A stretch of 64,000 nucleotides of DNA from NCBI RefSeq assembly GCF_000315625.1, contig NW_005434511.1, positions 1 to 64,000 on the forward strand, given 5' to 3'. Positions 51,528-62,281 of the stretch are shown here, in pieces; positions within the stretch are counted from its first letter, which is position 1; each line of letters begins with the position of its first letter. This DNA is from Guillardia theta CCMP2712. Taxonomy: Eukaryota; Protista; Cryptophyta. Under the pieces are notes generated by a model. It saw only the letters and a list, made by a program, of their open reading frames with translations, made no database searches and had not been told where the DNA came from. The position numbers and the translations under genes were made by a program.

Positions 51528-51563
<36 letters not shown>

Positions 51564-51607
51564 TTTCATCTTCATCATCGTCGTCATCATCATCATCATC
51601 ATCATCA

Positions 51608-51641
<34 letters not shown>

Positions 51642-52596
51642 AATAATAACAAGTATGATCATTATCACGTGTCATCTTCGGAGTCTTCCAAAGGCCCCTC
51701 AGCTACTGGCGCTCTTTCTGTCTTGGAACTGTTGACATTGGAGCTTCTTCGAAGTTTCAACTCCTCCTTCCCTTGCTCATCCTGTTCACATGTAAAGTTC
51801 TTCTGCTGTGAAGCAAGCGTCTTGCAAATGCAAAGGGAGTCGATGGCACTGGTATCGTTGCCTACCCCCACTGCTGCCTCCAGCACATGATTGCGAACAG
51901 ACGACAGTCGTCCGGAGTCCAACAGCTTGTCCAGCTCGTCAACCTTTCTCAAAATTGTTGTCTGCAATTCATCCATCTCCTTGGAAAACGAAGTGATGGA
52001 ATGAAAGTGATGATCGTCAAACATATGTTCACGAGTCCTGTGGTCCCAGACTGACAGCGCTACCAGCCGTTTGGCCTTGTAGAGCTCATCAATGACTTTC
52101 ACCCTGCAGCGCATGCTGTAAGAGAGCGATGTTACAAGTTCAAGGTGACTTGCCTTCTGTTCAAACTCTTCCAGAAGATCTCCAATGGCTGCATAGTCAC
52201 TATATCCTCTGGGTTTTCGAGGAAACGCAACACGCTTCGACTCATTCGTACAATCTTCAACGCCTGGGTTTGCATCCTTGCATTCATATCGTCGAAGTTG
52301 CCCTCCAGTTTAGCATAGTTCTCAGGCGGCTGCTCGCTCACCCACATGCTCGCCCTTCCTTGAAGCATCGAGTTCATCTCATGAATGTCTTCTAGCTCGT
52401 ATAAAAGAGTGTCGATGCAACAGCCTGGCCAGCTCTTACACGAAGGATAGCATGTGACTTTCTTGGGCATCGAGCTCCGTGCTGGCGCCTGATGGACTTG
52501 GGTCGGTGGCAGGGTGTTTGAGCATGGTGAAGAAAGGGGAATGAGGAGGAGAGTGAAAATCCCCAGAAAGTGAGGAGCGTACCGCAAAGACCACAT
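50717..52596 (-). CDS. Unknown protein with an N-terminal signal peptide, about 5 exons
   Basis: It has a hydrophobic N-terminus (FLGIFTLLLIPLS) and helical exons. A (CAT/CCT)n-filled intron spans about 51160-51668. The last exon reads DQGKDVREIEDRLQRMQNIFWEECHGIDRYFERENE*. Confidence 0.6.
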
Positions 52597-53358
52597 GGAG
52601 GGACAGCGTTGAGAAAGAGTGAAGGCAGGGGTTGCAAGCTGAGTCAGTTCAAGTTGTTCCTGCTCCTGTTGTTCTAGTGCTGCCTCTCACTCTTGCTCCT
52701 CGTCCTCGTCCTCCGTTACCGCTCCTCCGCCATGCGCGTTTCTGTCAATGCATCCGGTGGTGCTGATGGAATTAGCATGGTAGGGTACTGTAAGTACCGG
52801 TGTTATTGAAAGACTTTGGAGGGGTGCTTGCATTACTGTGTGGGGTACTCAAGGATACACTTTGGTCAGTCGGCCTCAGGATAAATAATAGGAAATAAAA
52901 TAAGACACTAACTATTACATTACGAATTATTACCCTGTGGAGGTTGATGTCCTTGTTGCTATGGAGAACGAAGGGCGAAAATGCCAACACTAGTTGCGAG
53001 AGAGCAAGAGGGAGAGCAGGCAGGGACTGTCATGGCAGGGAGGAGCAGAGAGGAGCAGAGAGGAGCAGGGAGCAGCAGGGAGGATGAGAACGGGTTGGAA
53101 TGGGGATGGGATTGATGGAAGTAGCTAGTCTATGGGAGACAGATTTCTTGTAGGCAAGCTGTGCAAAGTAGAGACGAAGGTGATAGCCGGAAGTGATAGG
53201 ATGAGCTCAACAAGGACAACAGACGTGTCTCAACTTGGCTGATACATGCCGCAGACAATGATTGTCCATGACGGGAGACGATCGACCATGACGGGAGACA
53301 ACGCTGCGAGAGCTTGATTCTGCTAACATATTGATCGCCCACTGGGCATCTCGACCAG

Positions 53359-56300
53359 ATGTCAACGGACACGTGGAAGCATGTGATGGTGTACCTTGCG
53401 AGTGGATATTACGACATGGAAGGTGTTGCGTGCTGCTGTAATGTTGTTGGCATGATGCGAGCGATGCCGCAGGGGAGAGGAGAGTTATCTTCAACGAGAT
53501 CCTGCCACAACTCCAGAAAAACTGCGTCCCGATGCGTGTTCAGGTGGAGCAGCTTGTCGTCTCGTTGACATGGTTGTTCTGTCTGACTGCCCTACAACAC
53601 CTTCAGGTTCATTTTGTTGACATCCGATCCGGGTTGACGGAGCATGACTGGTGGAAGATTCTTGAGATGGTATGCAGAGTTGAGATTTCACCTTGATAAC
53701 ACCCCTATCCAATTCTTTGTGCAGAAATCCTCATTTTCGATTCGATCCCTTCCATTGAAGATGTTTGTTTTGTTGTTGCCTTCACAGTCTTCTAGACAGG
53801 ATTGTTGTCAAGCTTGTTTTGATTGTTGTCTATTCTCGATGCTATCCTCTTCTCCACCAACGTCGATTACAATGCCTCCTCCTCTTCCTCTCACCCGTTC
53901 CCTCCCTCTCTCCGTCCCTCCCTCCGTCCCTCCCTCCTTCGTTCTCACTGTCCTTGGTCAGAGCTCCTTCATACCGATCCTCAACGAGATCGATCGCTGC
54001 GCTCCTTTCTTCATCGGGCTGTACGGGGAGAAGTACGGCCGTTTCATCAAGGACTACCGGTTTCCGGAGAGTCCCAGTTGGAACAGGATCCGCAGCATGC
54101 TTCCTCCTGGACGGTCCCTCCTAGAGCTCGAGACGTTCTGGGGGACTCTGAAGGATCCGAAGAAATGTAACCCTCTCTTCTACTTCAGGGATGCCACCTT
54201 CCTGTCCTCGGACAAGTTCAAGGCTGACGAGAGTCTGTTCTGCTCCTCGGAGAAGTCGGGCCCGCTGACCAGTAAGTATCCGGACAGGAAGACTGACTTC
54301 TCGATCGGGTACGCGTACCGAGCGGAGAGCTTGGAGGCGTCGAAGCGCATGCTCGACCTCAAGAGGCAGATCATAAAGGCCCACGGGCTGGACTGTGTTC
54401 TAATGGACTACAAGTGTACATACCTGGGCCCAGTCGACCAGATGGCTGTGGTCGGCGACTTGGACGAGTTCAAGGTCCACCTGACCAAGAACCTTTTCGA
54501 GAGGATTATCAGTCGCTTCCCCCCCTCTACCTCTGCCGTGGACCTGCTCTCCATCGAGGACGACTACCACAAGGCTTGCCTGAACGAACAGCTCCGCTTC
54601 CGTATGGTAGGAAGGAAGGAGCTCTTGGATGCTGTCGTGGAGTACTGCCTCGATCCCTCAGACGATGGTGATCCAGAGTTCGAAGCTCCTCCGCTGGTCA
54701 TGCATGGCAAGCCCGGAGTCGGCTTGTCCTGCCTTGTGTCCAACGTCGTGGATACTCTGAGAGATAGGAGGGACTTCAAGAGCGATGTTGTAATCTACCA
54801 CTTCATTGGGGCCTCCCCCCGGTCCAGGAATGTCAGGACCATCCTTGAGCGGCTGTGCAACATGATCTCCCGCGGGTTCAACTTCAACTTCGTCATCCCC
54901 ACCGACTTTGTCAACCTCGTCACCTGCTTCGAGCTCCTCCTCCAACACTCCCACAAGTCCCGGGGGAACAGGCTGGTGATCTTTCTGGATGGGGTAGATC
55001 AGATGGATGCGGACTACCATGGTGAAGTCCTGCACTGGCTGCCCGTAAAGAGCCATGCTCGCATCATCGTCTCCATGCATACAAGCTCGGATTCTTACCA
55101 GTCCATGAAGAGGAGGTACGGGGCCGGCATCCGGGACCTCCAGGTCCCCGACCTGACCGTCGAAGGCAGCAGGGAGATTCTTGCTGATCGGATGTTCACT
55201 GCGCACAGATCGTTATCTATCAAGCAGATGAATATGTTGATGGACAAGGTGGAAGGCAGGAGGCCGTTGTACCTGATGTTGGCAGCTTCGGAGATCATGG
55301 TCAGTGCACACGAAAATTCTCCTTTGTCTGCTTTTGCCGACACGTTCGCGCTCGTTCGTGATTGCATTCGTGTGTGTCTGCTCTGTTTCCTGCATGCCAT
55401 CGATCTATGTTGTCGTCATTGTCATCTTTCTTGTTGCTGCCGAATGTCACACTCTCACTCTTCAATAATCTGAATCCTTCAATATTGCATTTCCTATTCC
55501 CCATCTTTCCCTTGCGCTATCCATGTTGTTCCTCTCATTCTCCCTATCATCCTTTATCGCACTCACCCGCAACCCGCAGGTCTTCAGCTCCAAACAACCT
55601 GACGTGTCAACAGACACAAGGATGGACAACTTTGTTTACCGGATGAGTCCGACTTCCATCGGCCTATGTCGGCAGACTTTCATGCGCTGGATCGAAGAGT
55701 TTCCTGTAGAGATCTTTGGCAACCTCGTACAAGATCTCATCTGCCTGCTCGCCTGCTCCAGACACGGTCTGCAGGAGGACGAGATTCTTGAGTTGATCTC
55801 CCACCGAGATCCTCGCACGTTTGAGGGTTCTGGGCTGGACTACCCGGAAGTTCCCCTTCCCCGCCTGATGTACGTCCAGTGCTTTGATCGGATTGAGCTG
55901 TTTGTGCGCGGGGGGCCGAGATGGTCCATCAGGATCGTCCAGTTTGCTTTTTCGGTGAGTTGTGAGATGTTTGAAACACTACGAAGCATGTTGGGTGTGA
56001 TGTTGAGTGTTGATGTAGTCTTCTTTGCTTGTTGAGAGGTTGCGATGTGGATGACGATGTTGCTTGCTGCTTGTGAGCGTTCAAGTGCGCGTGCTAAGAG
56101 AAAGCTCCATCGTGCTCCTGCTATCTTCCCTTTGACGCTGTTCTCCTCCACAGGCTATCGTCAGAGCGATTCAGAAAACTTTCTTCCCCGACAACTTCGA
56201 CGCCTCCAAGTTGTGGGTGAAACTTTATTCCTTCGCCATCGCAAGGGACCGAGCGCGGCGCTTTACCTCCAGCAGCGCGGCCAACGCGTCCGACATGGTC

Positions 56301-59300
56301 GGCGATGCCATGAAGAACATCGGGACGAAGAACCTTGAGGAGAGGTACCACTCGCGCATCGCCAAGTACCTCAGGGACAAGGAGACCAACAACGAGGACG
56401 CGCGCGCGTCGTGGGGGGGGACGTTCCCCCGGGCTGTGAAGGAGCTGCCGTACCACCTGACTCAAAGTAGAGGATGGAGCAGGCTAGAGGAAGTTGTGCT
56501 CGACCTGCGCTTCATTGAGGCAAAGTTCCGCCTTCACATGGGGCACGACCTCCTGCAGGACCTTGTGCTCAGCGTGCAGGCCAAGGCGCCGGAAGCTGCC
56601 AGGACGGGGAAGTGGGGCCACGGCCACAAGAGGATACAGGACATGCACAGATTCATATCCCAGAACTTCAAGAAGATCTCGTCCGACGCCTCCTCTACCT
56701 TCCAGCTCGCCGCCAACAACTCCTCCTCCTCCACTCTCGCGCGCATCGCGCTAAGGCACTGGCAGGATGGCTCGATCCGCCAGCCCTGGTTCCGATGGCT
56801 CAACAAGCCGGCTGAGATCGATCCTCTCATCCTTATCATGGAGGGTCACACCGCTCCTGTCAACCGCGTCCGCTTCTCCTCCGACGGCCTCCGTATCCTC
56901 TCCGCCAGCGAGGATTCTTCCATGTGCCTGTGGGACGCGTTCAGCGGGGAGCTGATAGGCAAGCTCTTCGGCCACTACCTCCCTATCCTCTCTGCGCCTT
57001 CATCCCTGGCTTCGGAGGAGGCGAGCTCCGCGGCCGCGTGCAGAGCTCGGACTGGACTGCCATCTCAGCCAGCAGAGACAAGACGATGAAAGTTTTCGAC
57101 CTTGCTTCGGGTCAGGAGGTGAAGCAGCTCAAAGGGCACATAGGACGCGTCCTGTGTGTAGCCGTCAAGTCCATCCTTGAGCTCCAGGAGGACGGGGAGC
57201 TGAAGAGGCGGCTGCTGGGGGCGACTGGCTCGTGGGACAGGAGCTGTAAGATATGGGACTTGGACCAGGACGAGGTTCTGCATGACATGGGGGGCCCGGA
57301 GTCCACCAACACTTGTCCGAACAGCGCTGGTCACCAGAACACGGTGAGAGACGTCAGTTTCAGCCCCGACGGCTCCGTCCTCGCTACTGGCTCCGACGAC
57401 GAGACGGTTCGGCTGTGGAACGTGCAGACTGGGGAGGAGATCAAATGCTTCCTGGGGCATGACAACGCTGTGATGAGCGTAGACTACAGCAGCAACGGTG
57501 AGCTGGTGCTTTCTGCTAGCCTGGACGGGACCCTCAAAGTCTGGGACACGTCGGAGCCAGGAGGAGGAGCTGACTCTTTCTTTGACAAGACGAGCAACTC
57601 TTGGCTGAAGATTCGCAAGGAGATCCTGACGCTGGTGGGGAACCTGTCGGGCGTTCTTGAGGGGAGGATGGCGAGCGATATGGAAACGGCAGTATCAGCA
57701 GGGAAGGACGGGACCGTCCGCATCTACAGTGTCAAAATCAGTCCACACCACATGCTGGAAAGGAAGAGAGGGCAGCTAGTTCAAATTCCTCCTACAGTCA
57801 CGCTCTTCGGCCACCAGGGGAGCGTCAACACCGTTGCCGTCTCCCCGGACTCTTGGCGGGTCACGTCAGCAGGAGAGGACGGAGCCTTGCGAATGTGGGA
57901 CCTTGGAGGAAGCGGAGTTCCGGAGAAGCAGGGCCACAAGCTGGCGTGCGGGGGCCTGTCCTACGACAGGTTCGGGGAGAACCTGGTTAGCTGCGGGCAG
58001 GACGGGAGCATCAAACTGTGGGACGGGAAGCAAGGGCTGTTCCTCCGAGAAGTTGCCAAGAAGGAGGTACAGTACAACCGATGCTCCGTGTCTCCCGACG
58101 GCTGCGGGTCGCCGCCATCTGCCAGGACGGCGTGCTGAGGGTGTACGACATCAAGACTGGCAAGCCCATCATAACTCAGCGTCACTCCTACCTCTCGTGC
58201 TCCGCCGTCTCCTTCTCCAACGGGATGGGCTTCAACATCGCCACGGGCTCCGACGACGGGACGGTCAAGTTCTGGTCGGCCGACGACGGGACTCTTAAGG
58301 GCTCGCTGGACGCACACGTGCAGCCGGCCGGAGCGAACAGGATGAGGAAGTTCGCGGCGGTCAATGACGTCTCCTACAGCCCCGACAACGGCCAGCTGGT
58401 CTCCTGCTCATCGGACATGACGGTCAAGTACTGGCTGAGGGCGTACGACTGGTCCGGCGACCCCAACGCCGCTGAGGACTTTGGGCAGCTGAAGGATGAC
58501 TTGGGGCCAGAGGAGAAGAGGAGAATGAACAGGAAGAAGCTGGTGAACGTGAAGAGGAGGGAGAAGGAGGCGACGATGACGGAAGACGAGAAGCTGGCGA
58601 GGAGGAAGAAGCAGGAGAGGGAGATGAAGGTGAAGGCGGCCAAGCTGGAGTCTGACCTGACCAGAGGGTTGGAGGTGGAGGAGGAGTCGTCCTCTGACGA
58701 CAGCCTCCTCGACGACAACGACATCATGCTCATCGAAAAGGCGCTGGACGAGCAGGAGGAGGAAGATGTCACCCTCCAGACTCGCTCTTCCATGCCCCAG
58801 AAGTGGAGGCTGGTCTCCACCCTCCGAGGGCACAGCGGACCAGTCCTCTCCGCCTCCTTCGACTCGGCAGGCAAACGGGTCCTCTCCTCCTCTGCAGATG
58901 GGACAGTCCGCGTGTGGACGGCCAACTTCGAAGCTAACAGCCCCAAGAAGTCGGACAGCAGAGCGAACACGGCGTCCTCGGAGGAGGAGGAGGAGGCTGG
59001 CCATGGTGGAAGGAGCCAGGGCCCGGCAAGGAACAGCTGCCTGACTGTCATCGACGTTCATCACGGGCCTGTCAGGTCAATCCGCTGCACTCCCGACGGC
59101 GCCGCCTTCTTCCTCGTCTCCGAGGGCATCCCAGGTGACCCCCAGCTGGAGAGCACGACCAGCAGAGCTGACTGACAGTATGCAGGAGCCGTGAACGCGT
59201 CTAGAGGAGGCCTGCTGACGGTCTGGGACGCTTGGGGCTACAATCAGCTGGGCTCCTTCGAACTGATAGGCAGGGGCGTCGGGCTTGCCTGCAGCGGCCA

Positions 59301-59442
59301 CACTCCATACTCAGTCGCCTGCAGCGATGAGGACGGGCAAGTGTACGTCTGCAGCTACGGTTACCAGGAGCCCTTCATTCCGAAGCCAACCCGCGCGTTA
59401 CCCAACCCGCTCCGGCCCTCCGGCTTCTGCTCCATCCTCTAA
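53359..59442 (+). CDS. TEP1/NWD-like DUF4062-NACHT-WD40 protein; -1 frameshifts at 56993 and 58102; ends in CaaX
   Basis: WKHVMVYLASGYYDMEGERR...EILPQL and NEIDRCAPFFIGLYGEKYG fit DUF4062. The P-loop reads HGKPGVGLS and Walker B reads LVIFLDGVDQM. ELPYHL and many GH...WD repeats follow. The terminal exon ends FCSIL*. The true start may be further upstream. Confidence 0.88.
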
Positions 59443-59835
59443 CTCCCCCCCCCCCCCCCCTCCACTGCTGCCGGCTCCTTGCCCTGTAGATAGCGTAGAT
59501 AGTATGCCGAAGTTCCTTTCGCCACTTCTCCCCTGTAGTGCCTGCATTCTTCAGTGTAAATCAAACGTCAAATTTCCCCGTGGAGCTCGCATTTTAGACA
59601 TCACTATTTACAAGGAACTTGTGGCTGCTAGGGTGACGAGACGATATGAGGGCATCCAACAACAGCATCTCCCTCCCTTTCTCATGAGGGCATCCAACAA
59701 CAGCATCTCCCTCCCACTCTCAATCGCAACCTGGCCTAGAATTGCATCTCTAGCGTTGCGAAACTGCCGTTATTGTCCATGGTGAAGTTCCTGACAGGTC
59801 AAAGTCAATCGTCGTCAATCGTGTAACGTGACCTC

Positions 59836-61408
59836 CTACATCTCGGATCGAGGGTTTTGATACCACGGCGAAGCAAGATCTGCCTCGCAGAGCTGTTGAG
59901 CAACCGGTGAGGAACTTGAAATTGGAGGAAGACAAAGTCGTACATAGATGTTTTCCCGGCACAGATGCATCTCCTCCTTGACCCTGACATAAATATCCTC
60001 GTCAGCCTCCACTGGCCTCCCACCCCTCGCCTGTCTTCCTCTCCCCTTCCCCTCTCCCCTCTCCATCTCCCATCGCGTATCCTCCTCCCCTCCCATCCCC
60101 TCCCCTTCGTCCTCGTCCTCCCCTCTTCTCCTCCTTCCCTCCTCCTCCCTTCCCTCCCCTCACCTGATCGTGTCTGTGCTCCCAAACCGGAAAGGATTCT
60201 CAAGCTGTCGCTCGAGGGAGATCAGAGCGACAAGCAGCACCGAGATCAAGCTCGCAAACGCGCAGGCAAAGCCCACGTTGTTCTCGCTCCCCTCTCCTCG
60301 CGCGATGTGCAGGAAGTAGGGCCCGTAGAACATCGGCATGATCTGCGTCGTGATGAGGCTGAGGGCGCGGAGGGAGGCGGAAGTTCTGTAGACTTTGAAG
60401 GCCCAGAGGTTCTCGAAGGACTTGTTGAGGAACATAACGTACTGACAGCACGCAGAGTCAGCTCGGGCGAGCGAGCAAGGCGAGCGAGCAGAGCAGCCTC
60501 TACCTCCCTACCTGATTCAATCTGCTTGACTCGTTGCCTGGCATGCCGGCAGCCTTGAGCTCTTCAGTCGCCCGATGCAGTCGCCCGATCAATCTCACCA
60601 GCATATCCCTCCCATGCTTCTCTGCCTTCTCTACCAGATCCTTCTCCGTCGTCCCGCAGCACCCGTTCATGTGCCGCATCCTCCCCCGCCGCGGCACCAG
60701 CAGCAGCTCCTCCAACGAGTCCACGATGGCGAGCAGGAGGGTCTTGACCCGCGCTTGGTGGTTGCGATTGAGCTCAACCAGCCCCTTGGCCTTGATCCTC
60801 CTGTCAGACTGACCTGGGGGAGCAGGAGGAGCTGTACTCAGCTCGTCCCTCCCGTACCATCCTGTAGATGATGCCCAATCCCACACAGCATGAGCGAGAA
60901 AGATATTGACCACTTGTGTGCGGAAGGTACACAGCTCTGCGATCGCCTGCTCTCTGCGCTTGAAGGCGTTGGTGATGCTGTTCGAGATCGGAAACACCAG
61001 CATGATACTCACTGCTACCCAGTTCATGTTCGTGCTGAACTTCGAACCGTACCTGTCATACAGCAGCACGCTTGCCACAGAGATCAGAACAGCAGAAAGA
61101 GCGTCAGGGATCATGATGAGCTGTAGGAGGAGCTTGAATGCACCAGCAAAGTCTAGGACGGTGGCCCACCATGTCCTGGGGACGAGGACGGAGCCGCCGA
61201 GAGCTCCGCGTGTCCTGTACCTAAAGTAGAACCATTCTGAACGGCCTGACTTTGTTCGCGAGCCTTCAGCATGGTTGTTGTACCGCATCTTGTACATCTC
61301 TCCTGCTGTGTCTCTTTGTGTTCCACGTGATGCATTTGGTAGCTGCGTCCCAAGACCAGTCTCTGCATGCGCTGGATCTGTTTGGGTGTTGGTGTTTTCT
61401 GCGTGCAT
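59836..61408 (-). CDS. Bestrophin-like (UPF0187/RFP-TM type) membrane protein, copy 1
   Basis: VSIMLVFPISNSITNAFKRREQA, YRTSASLRA...PMFYGPYF and LLVALISLERQLENPF...DTIRV resemble bestrophin-family TM and ENPF motifs. It has intron 60442-60511 and two more. Confidence 0.7.
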
Positions 61409-61599
61409 GGTTGTTCCTTCGTTTCCCCACAACTTCGACTCTCCCTCTATGTCCCCTCCTCCTCCTCTCTTGGATCTACCGGCCAACTTCCCCTCCTCTC
61501 CCTCTCTCCTCTCCTCTCCCTCTCTCCTCTTCTCTCCTTCTCTTCTCTCCTCTCCTTCTCTTCTCTCCTTTCATTCTCGTCCCTCACATTCTAAGCCCC

Positions 61600-62100
61600 G
61601 CCATGTTTTGTTACCCCACCCTCCTCCATTCTACCCTACCCTTGAATGTCATATCCCCATTTTTCTCCCAGCAGACACCGGTACTTCATCAAGTTCGACT
61701 AACTACCCACCCTTCTAGAAACACACCCAGTCACTACCCCTCCAAGTCAAATGTCTGCAAATATTCTACATGGAGGGGTGGGGGTGGTGTGTAGAAGGGG
61801 TAGGGGTATCAAAGATTCTAGATTATACCCCCTTGTTCAATAATGGTTTTCATCAATTTTTACTAGGGTGGGTATTTAAACGTGGGTAATTCGAGGGGTG
61901 GGTGGTCTAATTTTTTGCTCACTAACGCAGTGTCCTGGGTCGGTGGTTGTTCAGGATTCCTTGGGGTAGGGGTCATCAATGGAGGGGTACAAATCTCTTG
62001 GGGAAAGATCCAGTTACCAGGGTAGGTCGTCCTTGGAAAACAAGGTGGGATAAATTTGTCTGTACAGGGGGTAGGGTACTGTTGTGGGAAGAGAATAGCG
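61600..62100. promoter_or_regulatory. C-rich then G-rich TACCCC/GGGGTA island in the shared divergent promoter
   Basis: CTACCC words at about 61610-61745 and GGGGTGGG/GGGGTA words at about 61775-62080 lie between the two bestrophin-like start codons. Confidence 0.45.
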
Positions 62101-62281
62101 AACTTGAAGCTTTGGACGAGCGGCGATGGAGAACATGGCGGGGCGGGAAGGGGCAGGACATGGAGGAATGCTAACTTAGAATCAAGGATCTGAAGGAGCA
62201 GGCAAGCAAGGAAGGCGAGGGATCACACGAGGAGGAGGGTGAGAGAAGGGGGGAAAGCATGCTCCTAGACAGACTGTTGCG

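Noticed and set aside
53359-59442. Calling the gene TEP1
   Set aside because: No TROVE/vWA N-terminal region is visible. Only the DUF4062-NACHT-WD40 part is shared, so no symbol is assigned.
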